From assembly GCA_012295275.1 (NCBI GenBank), contig CM022673.1, forward strand, positions 19,282,001-19,346,000: 64,000 nt of DNA. Reading direction: 5' to 3'. The position numbers were made by a program, and so were the translations under genes. Source of the stretch: Chrysomallon squamiferum (lineage: Eukaryota > Animalia > Mollusca). Of the stretch, positions 43,204 to 58,307 are shown piece by piece (the stretch's first letter is position 1; the number at the start of each line of letters is the position of its first letter). The notes under the pieces were generated by a model. It worked only from the letters and a program-made list of their open reading frames with translations. It made no database searches and was not told the DNA's origin.

Positions 43204-45158
43204 AACAACAAACAAACAAACCACAACGACAAAATACACTCTGCCGAAAAGCACTACAAACAAAAACGTCATCAATTACCGCTTTAAATCTGAAGCAAAA
43301 CAAACTAACGGACTAACAACACATTCCTCGATGACATTCAAATAGAGAAAATATGATTATTATCTAATGGGAAATAAAGCTTTTACTTTGTCTAGTTTCA
43401 GTGAGATTTAAATTTTGAAGAAGGATATCAAATCTTCATTATACAAAAATAAACAGGAACAAACTTATTACATTAATTTTTACCTTTCCTCAACAAGAAC
43501 TTCGCTATCTTGATTTCATTATTATTACTTTTTACTATCTATTCAACACAATCTAATAAGGTCTCTCTTGAAAAATGCTAACTTCGTTAATAACTACTCT
43601 TCTCCATTTACCTTGTCCGGCTATAAGCCCCACGGTATCGGTCTCAACTGTTTCAGGTAATGTCTCTCTTAAATAAGATTGAATATATAATAAAATTGTA
43701 CACTAAAAAATGTATAATAAAATAACTTTTTTAAAGATAATTATCGCTATAAAGTTACATCTCTTCTGAATAATTTATTAACATTTGTCAAAAAAGTAAC
43801 TACCGTCCTTTTCTTAACATTATCCCAGGTAAGTCACCTACGACTGGAACAGGCCCAACATCAACTATTTCTAGTGCAACCACTCCAGGTAACTCAACTA
43901 TAATTGTTTCACTTGGAAACAGTTTGAACTCTATCGATGCGGTTATATAAAGAAAGTCGAGGAGAGATTATCCATTTTCAGTGAAACTGATCTTTTTGTT
44001 TGTTTCTTTCTTTCAGTAGTTCTAATTAATTAATAATTTAATTAATAATAATAATAATTATTTATTTTGTTGTTGAGATTTGAATCCTGAACAAGAACAG
44101 TATATTTTCATTATGTAATGTGTGGCAACGGCATTATCTTAGTTTCATCGTTGTTGTTAGTTTTTTTGATATCTCTTCGAAACAGAATCTACGGTTCTGT
44201 CTACAAATGGTACCTTCGTTAAAAGCTATTTCTTTGTCCATTTACCAGGTTCGGTTACAAGCCCTACGATATCTGTCTCATCTGTCACAGGTAATGTCTT
44301 TCTAAAACAAGATTGAAGATATAATAATTTAGAAACTATCTGGAATTCTTTTTTAATGTTTAAGTGGTTCTTTATCGGTGTTTTAAATAGCTTTAGTTCC
44401 AACGATTTTGTGAATTTAGTTTCCAAAAGTAAAGTTAATCGGATAAATACGGGAAACTGACTTTTCACCGGTTTGATTTCTATATTACAGTTCCAACAAC
44501 AACCACGCCAGGAACAACAATTTCGCGTACTACAGGTAATCATTTCACATTAATTTGTATCGGTTACAAATCTTGAAGTCATTCGTTTAGCCGTCCGTGG
44601 TAGAGTACGGCAATGATTTGTTCAGGAGAAATATAGAACTAATTGTCGTTATAAACTTACATCTCTTCAAAATAATTGAAAAAGTGTGCAAGAAAAGTAA
44701 CTGCAGTCGTTTTCTTAATATCATTCCAGGTACGTCACCAACGACTGGAACAGGCCCGACATCAACTGTTTCTAGTGCAACCACTTCAGGTAACTCAACT
44801 ATGATTGTTTCACTTGTAAACAATTCGATCTCTATCGATTCATTTGCATAAAGAAAGTCGAGGACGGATTATGCATTTCGAGAGAAACAGAATAATTTAT
44901 TTCTTTATTTATATATTACTAATTAAGTAATTAGGAAAACAAAGAAAACAGTAGTAGCAGCAGCAGTAGTAAAACGGACACATCTGATAGAAGAAGATCA
45001 TGGTTCATTTAGAACGAGTATGATTACGGCAAAGCCTTTCTGACTGAGATCGAAAAGTTTCAATAAAATAAATTGGAACGACAAAAGCTATAAAAAAGTT
45101 CCAAATACTACTACTGCTACTACTACTAACAGTAATTATAATAGTAACAATAATGATG

Positions 45159-45227
<69 letters not shown>

Positions 45228-48200
45228 GAAATAGAAATAATACTACTACTACTACTACTACTAATACTACTACTAATAATAATAACAATAGTAATAATAA
45301 TTACAATAATAATAATAAAAGAACAACAACAACAACAATACTCGTATAGTAGGAACAATAAAAAAATACATTAGGTTACAGATGATTCTACATTAGAAAC
45401 AGACTCTAGCGAATTTTGATTAATAGTTGATTAGTAGTTTGCTGTGAACTTGTACCGATAGTTTTCACTGTCCCTCAAACATCATGGATTTTTGTTAATA
45501 TTATTCCAGGTACGTCACCAACGACTGGAACAGGCCCAACATCAACTGTTTCTAGTGCAACCACTCCAGGTAACTCAACTATAGTTGTTTCGCTTGGAAA
45601 CAGTTTGATCTCTATCGATGCAGTTATATAAAGAAAGTCGAGGAGGGATTATCCATTTTTCAGTGAAACTTATCTTTTTGTTTGTTTCTTTCTTTCAGTA
45701 GTTCTAATTAATTAATAATTTAATTAATAATTATTATTTTTTTTGTTGTTGTTGAGATTTGAATCTTGAACAAGAACAGTATATTTTCGTTATGTAATGT
45801 GTGGCAACGGAATTATCTTAGTTTCATAGTTGTTGTTCGTTTTTTGATATCTCTTCGAAAGAGAATTTACGGTTCTGTCTACAAATGGTACCTTCGTTAA
45901 AAGCTATTTCTTTGTCCATTTACCAGGTCCGGTTACAAGCCCTACGATATCTGTCTCATCTGTCACAGGTAATGTCTTTCTAAAACAAGATTGAAGATAT
46001 AATAATTTAGAAACTATCTGGAATTCTTTTTTAATGTTTAAGTGGTTCTTTATCGGTGTTTTAAAGAGCTTTAGTTACAACGATTAGTTGTTTTCATTAT
46101 TTCAAACTTCTATGAAACTTCAGATCCGATTAAGGTGATAGCACCTTGTTATTGTTGCTTTTCTAGTTTGATAGGGTTTTCTACCTAAACCTTTGATGGT
46201 TTTCGTCTTAGTTTTTTTTCTGTGGTTTGACTTCTTTTTATGTTCATTTGTTTGTTTGTTTAATTGATGACGTTTCACTGAAACCCGCATTGTATCTCTC
46301 AAACAGAATGTGAACTCACTGATATGATGGGCGAACCCGGTTCACCAAAACAACCTCTTAAGTACGATGCAGACACGAAAACGGCGGTGATAACAGTCGA
46401 TGGTCCAGTAGAAAAGGTTACGAAAATACCTGAAGGTGCTAAAGTGTACGTCACGAAGGTAAGAATTTAGCGGATGGTTAACGGAAACCTAACTCATTTA
46501 CATTTAATGCATCGATTATTCTCGATGTTGAAAGGCAGTTGCTAATTTAAATGTTTGTTTAATGAATAGGATAAACCAACTCCAGGTCCTGAGCAGAAAG
46601 TGTTTTATCCTGCCGGTAATCCTCCAAAGGACGGTACGACAATTACGGTAACAGTCAAGGATAAAACAGGTATTTATTAATCAGTTATTATAACTATGAA
46701 AATAGAAAATCGCGATTGGTAGCAGTAAATATTAACAAGGAAAGTAGCGAATAAGTAAATAAATGAGGAAAATGTACTGATAATATAGAATAAATAAGAG
46801 AAACTTAAAAATAAAATGGTGCAAAATCTACCATCAGTACAAACATACATTGTTCCTACTGTTACTTTCTGTTTAAAACAGGTACTGAAAAGCAATCAAC
46901 AGCAGAAGTGAAGACTGAGGGTAATATTGTTACACTGAAACTTCCCAAGGACGAAACATTTGTTAACATCCCACAGCAGCCTGATGTTCTTAAAGTAGAG
47001 GAAGAAAAACCAACCGTAAGGACATGCGAAATTGATTTGTGATTTGTAGAGGTGTGGGGAATAAAAAGTAAAAGAAAACGAAATGAAACAATAAAAAGAA
47101 AAAAAAAGGAAAAAAAAAAAAATATATAGAGTGTACAAAGAGGTATTCTTCTGAATCCACACGGCAGGGAAATAGCCGACGACTGTTACCTAATGTGATA
47201 CTGATATTCATTCATTTGATCGTACTTAAAACACTAAAGTCTTTCTTATATTTTCGAGATGAATAACCTATATTATTAATGTTTAATGACACATGTTATT
47301 GTGCTTTGTTTTTTGTTTGGCCATGTCCAGAATGGAGAAATTACTCCGAATGGCGAAGACATTGATAAAATTATAATTACTGGCATCCCCGAAAACAAGT
47401 CAAGAGATATCGACGTGTTGGTTTGTAAGAAAGGTAAGATAATAATGAATGATTGATGTAATTCATGTTTGATTTACCCACTTTCTGAAACGTAATTTCA
47501 TGTATTGCTACTATTCCCCAACGACGAGGAAGAGATGATTTAACAAAACAAAGAAATATGGAAGATACAGTCAAATATATAAAGGTGGTTACGTTGAAAA
47601 CGGCAATTGTACAGTTCAATCACAGGATCATAAAACTAATTTGTGCAAATATTGTGTTTCTTCTGACAACGAAGTGTATTTTGTGAATTTAGTTTCGAAA
47701 AGTAAAGTTAATTGTATAAATACGGGAACTGACTTTTGACCGGTTTCATTTCTATATTACAGTTCCAACAACAACCACGCCAGGAACAACAATTTCGCGT
47801 ACTACAGGTAACCATTTCACATTAATTTGTATCGGTTACAAATCTTGAAGTCATTCGTTTAGCCGTCCGTGGTAGAGTACGGCAATGATTTGTTCAGGAG
47901 AAATATAGAACTAATTGTCGTTATAAACTTACATCTCTTCAAAATAATTGAAAAAGTGTGCAAGAAAAGTAACTGCAGTCGTTTTCTTAATATCATTCCA
48001 GGTACGTCACCAACGACTGGAACAGGCCCGACATCAACTGTTTCTAGTGCAACCACTTCAGGTAACTCAACTATGATTGTTTCACTTGTAAACAATTCGA
48101 TCTCTATCGATTCATTTGCATAAAGAAAGTCGAGGACGGATTATGCATTTCGAGAGAAACAGAATAATTTATTTCTTTATTTATATATTACTAATTAAGT

Positions 48201-48439
48201 AATTAGGAAAACAAAGAAAACAGTAGTAGCAGCAGCAGTAGTAAAACGGACACATCTGATAGAAGAAGATCATGGTTCATTTAGAACGAGTATGATTACA
48301 GCAAAGCCTTTCTGACTGAGATCGAAAAGTTTCAATAAAATAAATTGGAACGACAAAAGCTATAAAAAAGTTCCAAATACTACTACTGCTACTACTACTA
48401 ACAGTAATTATAATAGTAACAATAATGATGATAATAATA

Positions 48440-48501
<62 letters not shown>

Positions 48502-51500
48502 GAAATAGAAATAATAATACTAATACTACTACTACTAATACTACTACTAATAATAATAACAATAGTAATAATAATTACAATAATAATAATAAAAGAACAA
48601 CAACAACAACAATACTCGTATAGTAGGAACAATAAAAAAATACATTAGGTTACAGATGATTCTACATTAGAAACAGACTCTAGCGAATTTTGATTAATAG
48701 TTGATTAGTAGTTTGCTGTGAACTTGTACCGATCGTTTTCACTGTCCCTCAAACATCATGGATTTTTGTTAATATTATTCCAGGTACGTCACCAACGACT
48801 GGAACAGGCCCAACATCAACTGTTTCTAGTGCAACCACTCCAGGTAACTCAACTATAATTGTTTCGCTTGGAAACAGTTTGATCTCTATCGATGCAGTTA
48901 TATAAAGAAAGTCGAGGAGGGATTATCCATTTTTCAGTGAAACTTCTTTTTGTTTGTTTCTTTCTTTCAGTAGTTCTAATTAATTAATAATTTAATTAAT
49001 AATTATTATTTTTTTTGTTGTTGTTGAGATTTGAATCTTGAACAAGAACAGTATATTTTCATTATGTAATGTGTGGCAACGGAATTATCTTAGTTTCATA
49101 GTTGTTGTTAGTTTTTTGATATCTCTTCGAAAGAGAATTTACGGTTCTGTCTACAAATGGTACCTTCGTTAAAAGCTATTTCTTTGTCCATTTACCAGGT
49201 CCGGTTACAAGCCCTACGATATCTGTCTCATCTGTCACAGGTAATGTCTTTCTAAAACAAGATTGAAGATATAATAATTTAGAAACTATCTGGAATTCTT
49301 TTTTAATGTTTAAGTGGTTCTTTATCGGTGTTTTAAACAGCTTTAGTTACAACGATTAGTTGTTTTCATTATTTCAAACTTCTATGAAACTTCAGATCCG
49401 ATTAAGGTGATAACACCTTGTTATTGTTGCTTTTCTAGTTTGATAGGGTTTTCTACCTAAACCTTTGATGGTTTTCGTCTTAGTTTTTTTTTTTTTCTGT
49501 GGTTTGACTTCTTTTTATGTTCATTTGTTTGTTTGTTTAATTGATGACGTTTCACTGAAACCCGCATTGTATCTCTCAAACAGAATGTGAACTCACTGAT
49601 ATGATGGGCGAACCCGGTTCACCAAAACAACCTCTTAAGTACGATGCAGACACGAAAACGGCGGTGATAACAGTCGATGGTCCAGTAGAAAAGGTTACGA
49701 AAATACCTGAAGATGCTAAAGTGTACGTCACGAAGGTAAGAATTTAGCGGATGGTTAACGGAAACCTAACTCATTTACATTTAATGCATCGATTATTCTC
49801 GATGTTGAAAGGCAGTTGCTAATTTAAATGTTTGTTTAATGAATAGGATAAACCAACTCCAGGTCCTGAGCAGAAAGTGTTTTATCCTGCCGGTAATCCT
49901 CCAAAGGACGGTACGACAATTACGGTAACAGTCAAGGATAAAACAGGTATTTATTAATCAGTTATTATAACTATGAAAATAGAAAATCGCGATTGGTAGC
50001 AGTAAATATTAACAAGGAAAGTAGCGAATAAGTAAATAAATGAGGAAAATGTACTGATAATATAGAATAAATAAGAGAAACTTAAAAATAAAATGGTGCA
50101 AAATCTACCATCAGTACAAACATACATTGTTCCTACTGTTACTTTCTGTTTAAAACAGGTACTGAAAAGCAATCAACAGCAGAAGTGAAGACTGAGGGTA
50201 ATATTGTTACACTGAAACTTCCCAAGGACGAAACATTTGTTAACATCCCACAGCAGCCTGATGTTCTTAAAGTAGAGGAAGAAAAACCAACCGTAAGGAC
50301 ATGCGAAATTGATTTGTGATTTGTAGAGGTGTGGGGAATAAAAAGTAAAAGAAAACGAAATGAAACAATAAAAAGAAAAAAGAAAAGAAAAAAAATATAT
50401 AGAGTGTACAAAGAGGTATTCTTCTGAATCCACACGGCAGGGAAATAGCCGACGACTGTTACCTAATGTGATACTGATATTCATTCATTTGATCGTACTT
50501 AAAACACTAAAGTCTTTCTTATATTTTCGAGATGAATAACCTATATTATTAATGTTTAATGACACATGTTATTGTGCTTTGTTTTTTGTTTGGCCATGTC
50601 CAGAATGGAGAAATTACTCCGAATGGCGAAGACATTGATAAAATTATAATTACTGGCATCCCCGAAAACAAGTCAAGAGATATCGACGTGTTGGTTTGTA
50701 AGAAAGGTAAGATAATAATGAATGATTGATGTAATTCATGTTTGATTTACCCACTTTCTGAAACGTAATTTCATGTATTGCTACTATTCCCCAACGACGA
50801 GGAAGAGATGATTTAACAAAACAAAGAAATATGGAAGATACAGTCAAATATATAAAGGTGGTTACGTTGAAAACGGCAATTGTACAGTTCAATCACAGGA
50901 TCATAAAACTAATTTGTGCAAATATTGTGTTTCTTCTGACAACGAAGTGTATTTTGTGAATTTAGTTTCGAAAAGTAAAGTTAATTGTATAAATACGGGA
51001 ACTGACTTTTGACCGGTTTCATTTCTATATTACAGTTCCAACAACAACCACGCCAGGAACAACAATTTCGCGTACTACAGGTAACCATTTCACATTAATT
51101 TGTATCGGTTACAAATCTTGAAGTCATTCGTTTAGCCGTCCGTGGTAGAGTACGGCAATGATTTGTTCAGGAGAAATATAGAACTAATTGTCGTTATAAA
51201 CTTACATCTCTTCAAAATAATTGAAAAAGTGTGCAAGAAAAGTAACTGCAGTCGTTTTCTTAATATCATTCCAGGTACGTCACCAACGACTGGAACAGGC
51301 CCGACATCAACTGTTTCTAGTGCAACCACTTCAGGTAACTCAACTATGATTGTTTCACTTGTAAACAATTCGATCTCTATCGATTCATTTGCATAAAGAA
51401 AGTCGAGGACGGATTATGCATTTCGAGAGAAACAGAATAATTTATTTCTTTATTTATATATTACTAATTAAGTAATTAGGAAAACAAAGAAAACAGTAGT

Positions 51501-51702
51501 AGCAGCAGCAGTAGTAAAACGGACACATCTGATAGAAGAAGATCATGGTTCATTTAGAACGAGTATGATTACGGCAAAGCCTTTCTGACTGAGATCGAAA
51601 AGTTTCAATAAAATAAATTGGAACGACAAAAGCTATAAAAAGTTCCAAATACTACTACTGCTACTACTACTAACAGTAATTATAATAGTAACAATAATGA
51701 TG

Positions 51703-51765
<63 letters not shown>

Positions 51766-54700
51766 GAAATAGAAATAATAATACTAATACTACTACTACT
51801 AATACTACTACTAATAATAATAACAATAGTAATAATAATTACAATAATAATAATAAAAGAACAACAACAACAACAATACTCGTATAGTAGGAACAATAAA
51901 AAATACATTAGGTTACAGATGATTCTACATTAGAAACAGACTCTAGCGAATTTTGATTAATAGTTGATTAGTAGTTTGCTGTGAACTTGTACCGATCGTT
52001 TTCACTGTCCCTCAAACATCATGGATTTTTGTTAATATTATTCCAGGTACGTCACCAACGACTGGAACAGGCCCAACATCAACTGTTTCTAGTGCAACCA
52101 CTCCAGGTAACTCAACTATAATTGTTTCGCTTGGAAACAGTTTGATCTCTATCGATGCAGTTATATAAAGAAAGTCGAGGAGGGATTATCCATTTTTCAG
52201 TGAAACTTATTTTTGTTTGTTTCTTTCTTTTCAGTAGTTCTAATTAATTAATAATTTAATTAATAATTATTTTTTTTTGTTGTTGTTGAGATTTGAATCT
52301 TGAACAAGAACAGTATATTTTCATTATGTAATGTGTGGCAACGGAATTATCTTAGTTTCATAGTTGTTGTTAGTTTTTGATATCTCTTCGAAAGAGAATT
52401 TACGGTTCTGTCTACAAATGGTACCTTCGTTAAAAGCTATTTCTTTGTCCATTTACCAGGTCCGGTTACAAGCCCTACGATATCTGTCTCATCTGTCACA
52501 GGTAATGTCTTTCTAAAACAAGATTGAAGATATAATAATTTAGAAACTATCTGGAATTCTTTTTTAATGTTTAAGTGGTTCTTTATCGGTGTTTTAAACA
52601 GCTTTAGTTACAACGATTAGTTGTTTTCATTATTTCAAACTTCTATGAAACTTCAGATCCGATTAAGGTGATAACACCTTGTTATTGTTGCTTTTCTAGT
52701 TTGATAGGGTTTTCTACCTAAACCTTTGATGGTTTTCGTCTTAGTTTTTTTCTGTGGTTTGACTTCTTTTTTATGTTCATTTGTTTGTTTGTTTAATTGA
52801 TGACGTTTCACTGAAACCCGCATTGTATCTCTCAAACAGAATGTGAACTCACTGATATGATGGGCGAACCCGGTTCACCAAAACAACCTCTTAAGTACGA
52901 TGCAGACACGAAAACGGCGGTGATAACAGTCGATGGTCCAGTAGAAAAGGTTACGAAAATACCTGAAGATGCTAAAGTGTACGTCACGAAGGTAAGAATT
53001 TAGCGGATGGTTAACGGAAACCTAACTCATTTACATTTAATGCATCGATTATTCTCGATGTTGAAAGGCAGTTGCTAATTTAAATGTTTGTTTAATGAAT
53101 AGGATAAACCAACTCCAGGTCCTGAGCAGAAAGTGTTTTATCCTGCCGGTAATCCTCCAAAGGACGGTACGACAATTACGGTAACAGTCAAGGATAAAAC
53201 AGGTATTTATTAATCAGTTATTATAACTATGAAAATAGAAAATCGCGATTGGTAGCAGTAAATATTAACAAGGAAAGTAGCGAATAAGTAAATAAATGAG
53301 GAAAATGTACTGATAATATAGAATAAATAAGAGAAACTTAAAAATAAAATGGTGCAAAATCTACCATCAGTACAAACATACATTGTTCCTACTGTTACTT
53401 TCTGTTTAAAACAGGTACTGAAAAGCAATCAACAGCAGAAGTGAAGACTGAGGGTAATATTGTTACACTGAAACTTCCCAAGGACGAAACATTTGTTAAC
53501 ATCCCACAGCAGCCTGATGTTCTTAAAGTAGAGGAAATAAAACCAACCGTAAGGACATGCGAAATTGATTTGTGATTTGTAGAGGTGTGGGGAATAAAAA
53601 GTAAAAGAAAACGAAATGAAACAATAAAAAGAAAAAAGAAAAGAAAAAAAATATATAGAGTGTACAAAGAGGTATTCTTCTGAATCCACACGGCAGGGAA
53701 ATAGCCGACGACTGTTACCTAATGTGATACTGATATTCATTCATTTGATCGTACTTAAAACACTAAAGTCTTTCTTATATTTTCGAGATGAATAACCTAT
53801 ATTATTAATGTTTAATGACACATGTTATTGTGCTTTGTTTTTTGTTTGGCCATGTCCAGAATGGAGAAATTACTCCGAATGGCGAAGACATTGATAAAAT
53901 TATAATTACTGGCATCCCCGAAAACAAGTCAAGAGATATCGACGTGTTGGTTTGTAAGAAAGGTAAGATAATAATGAATGATTGATGTAATTCATGTTTG
54001 ATTTACCCACTTTCTGAAACGTAATTTCATGTATTGCTACTATTCCCCAACGACGAGGAAGAGATGATTTAACAAAACAAAGAAATATGGAAGATACAGT
54101 CAAATATATAAAGGTGGTTACGTTGAAAACGGCAATTGTACAGTTCAATCACAGGATCATAAAACTAATTTGTGCAAATATTGTGTTTCTTCTGACAACG
54201 AAGTGTATTTTGTGAATTTAGTTTCGAAAAGTAAAGTTAATTGTATAAATACGGGAACTGACTTTTGACCGGTTTCATTTCTATATTACAGTTCCAACAA
54301 CAACCACGCCAGGAACAACAATTTCGCGTACTACAGGTAATCATTTCACATTAATTTGTATCGGTTACAAATCTTGAAGTCATTCGTTTAGCCGTCCGTG
54401 GTAGAGTACGGCAATGATTTGTTCAGGAGAAATATAGAACTAATTGTCGTTATAAACTTACATCTCTTCAAAATAATTGAAAAAAAGTGTGCAAGAAAAG
54501 TAACTGCAGTCGTTTTCTTAATATCATTCCAGGTACGTCACCAACGACTGGAACAGGCCCGACATCAACTGTTTCTAGTGCAACCACTTCAGGTAACTCA
54601 ACTATGATTGTTTCACTTGTAAACAATTCGATCTCTATCGATTCATTTGCATAAAGAAAGTCGAGGACGGATTATGCATTTCGAGAGAAACAGAATAATT

Positions 54701-54964
54701 TATTTCTTTATTTATATATTACTAATTAAGTAATTAGGAAAACAAAGAAAACAGTAGTAGCAGCAGCAGTAGTAAAACGGACACATCTGATAGAAGAAGA
54801 TCATGGTTCATTTAGAACGAGTATGATTACGGCAAAGCCTTTCTGACTGAGATCGAAAAGTTTCAATAAAATAAATTGGAACGACAAAAGCTATAAAAAA
54901 GTTCCAAATACTACTACTGCTACTACTACTAACAGTAATTATAATAGTAACAATAATGATGATG

Positions 54965-55021
<57 letters not shown>

Positions 55022-58000
55022 GAAATAGAAATAGAAATAATAATAATACTACTACTACTACTATACTACTACTAATAATAATAACAATAGTAATAATAAT
55101 TACAATAATAATAATAAAAGAACAACAACAACAACAATACTCGTATAGTAGGAACAATAAAAAAATACATTAGGTTACAGATGATTCTACATTAGAAACA
55201 GACTCTAGCGAATTTTGATTAATAGTTGATTAGTAGTTTGCTGTGAACTTGTACCGATCGTTTTCACTGTCCCTCAAACATCATGGATTTTTGTTAATAT
55301 TATTCCAGGTACGTCACCAACGACTGGAACAGGCCCAACATCAACTGTTTCTAGTGCAACCACTCCAGGTAACTCAACTATAATTGTTTCGCTTGGAAAC
55401 AGTTTGATCTCTATCGATGCAGTTATATAAAGAAAGTCGAGGAGGGATTATCCATTTTTCAGTGAAACTTATCTTTTTGTTTGTTTCTTTCTTTCAGTAG
55501 TTCTAATTAATTAATAATTTAATTAATAATTATTTTGTTTTTTGTTGTTGTTGAGATTTGAATCTTGAACAAGAACAGTATATTTTCATTATGTAATGTG
55601 TGGCAACGGAATTATCTTAGTTTCATAGTTGTTGTTAGTTTTTGATATCTCTTCGAAAGAGAATTTACGGTTCTGTCTACAAATGGTACCTTCGTTAAAA
55701 GCTATTTCTTTGTCCATTTACCAGGTCCGGTTACAAGCCCTACGATATCTGTCTCATCTGTCACAGGTAATGTCTTTCTAAAACAAGATTGAAGATATAA
55801 TAATTTAGAAACTATCTGGAATTCTTTTTTAATGTTTAAGTGGTTCTTTATCGGTGTTTTTAAACAGCTTTAGTTGCAACGATTAGTTGTTTTCATTATT
55901 TCAAACTTCTATGAAACTTCAGATCCGATTAAGGTGATAACACCTTGTTATTGTTGCTTTTCTAGTTTGATAGGGTTTTCTACCTAAACCTTTGATGGTT
56001 TTCGTCTTAGTTTTTTTTTTTTCTGTGGTTTGACTTCTTTTTTTTTATGTTCATTTGTTTGTTTGTTTAATTGATGACGTTTCACTGAAACCCGCATTGT
56101 ATCTCTCAAACAGAATGTGAACTCACTGATATGATGGGCGAACCCGGTTCACCAAAACAACCTCTTAAGTACGATGCAGACACGAAAACGGCGGTGATAA
56201 CAGTCGATGGTCCAGTAGAAAAGGTTACGAAAATACCTGAAGATGCTAAAGTGTACGTCACGAAGGTAAGAATTTAGCGGATGGTTAACGGAAACCTAAC
56301 TCATTTACATTTAATGCATCGATTATTCTCGATGTTGAAAGGCAGTTGCTAATTTAAATGTTTGTTTAATGAATAGGATAAACCAACTCCAGGTCCTGAG
56401 CAGAAAGTGTTTTATCCTGCCGGTAATCCTCCAAAGGACGGTACGACAATTACGGTAACAGTCAAGGATAAAACAGGTATTTATTAATCAGTTATTATAA
56501 CTATGAAAATAGAAAATCGCGATTGGTAGCAGTAAATATTAACAAGGAAAGTAGCGAATAAGTAAATAAATGAGGAAAATGTACTGATAATATAGAATAA
56601 ATAAGAGAAACTTAAAAATAAAATGGTGCAAAATCTACCATCAGTACAAACATACATTGTTCCTACTGTTACTTTCTGTTTAAAACAGGTACTGAAAAGC
56701 AATCAACAGCAGAAGTGAAGACTGAGGGTAATATTGTTACACTGAAACTTCCCAAGGACGAAACATTTGTTAACATCCCACAGCAGCCTGATGTTCTTAA
56801 AGTAGAGGAAATAAAACCAACCGTAAGGACATGCGAAATTGATTTGTGATTTGTAGAGGTGTGGGGAATAAAAAGTAAAAGAAAACGAAATGAAACAATA
56901 AAAAGAAAAAAGAAAAGAAAAAAAATATATAGAGTGTACAAAGAGGTATTCTTCTGAATCCACACGGCAGGGAAATAGCCGACGACTGTTACCTAATGTG
57001 ATACTGATATTCATTCATTTGATCGTACTTAAAACACTAAAGTCTTTCTTATATTTTCGAGATGAATAACCTATATTATTAATGTTTAATGACACATGTT
57101 ATTGTGCTTTGTTTTTTGTTTGGCCATGTCCAGAATGGAGAAATTACTCCGAATGGCGAAGACATTGATAAAATTATAATTACTGGCATCCCCGAAAACA
57201 AGTCAAGAGATATCGACGTGTTGGTTTGTAAGAAAGGTAAGATAATAATGAATGATTGATGTAATTCATGTTTGATTTACCCACTTTCTGAAACGTAATT
57301 TCATGTATTGCTACTATTCCCCAACGACGAGGAAGAGATGATTTAACAAAACAAAGAAATATGGAAGATACAGTCAAATATATAAAGGTGGTTACGTTGA
57401 AAACGGCAATTGTACAGTTCAATCACAGGATCATAAAACTAATTTGTGCAAATATTGTGTTTCTTCTGACAACGAAGTGTATTTTGTGAATTTAGTTTCG
57501 AAAAGTAAAGTTAATTGTATAAATACGGGAACTGACTTTTGACCGGTTTCATTTCTATATTACAGTTCCAACAACAACCACGCCAGGAACAACAATTTCG
57601 CGTACTACAGGTAATCATTTCACATTAATTTGTATCGGTTACAAATCTTGAAGTCATTCGTTTAGCCGTCCGTGGTAGAGTACGGCAATGATTTGTTCAG
57701 GAGAAATATAGAACTAATTGTCGTTATAAACTTACATCTCTTCAAAATAATTGAAAAAAGTGTGCAAGAAAAGTAACTGCAGTCGTTTTCTTAATATCAT
57801 TCCAGGTACGTCACCAACGACTGGAACAGGCCCGACATCAACTGTTTCTAGTGCAACCACTTCAGGTAACTCAACTATGATTGTTTCACTTGTAAACAAT
57901 TCGATCTCTATCGATTCATTTGCATAAAGAAAGTCGAGGACGGATTATGCATTTCGAGAGAAACAGAATAATTTATTTCTTTATTTATATATTACTAATT

Positions 58001-58232
58001 AAGTAATTAGGAAAACAAAGAAAACAGTAGTAGCAGCAGCAGTAGTAAAACGGACACATCTGATAGAAGAAGATCACGGTTCATTTAGAACGAGTATGAT
58101 TACGGCAAAGCCTTTCTGACTGAGATCGAAAAGTTTCAATAAAATAAATTGGAACGACAAAAGCTATAAAAAGTTCCAAATACTACTACTGCTACTACTA
58201 CTAACAGTAATTATAATAGTAACAATAATATG

Positions 58233-58307
<75 letters not shown>

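Noticed and set aside
46677-47619. Minus-strand ORFs recurring every 3.27 kb (MLFSTCF..., MNCTIAV..., MWIQKN...)
   Set aside because: They are antisense to real exons and introns, change frame with homopolymer length, and recur only because of the array.
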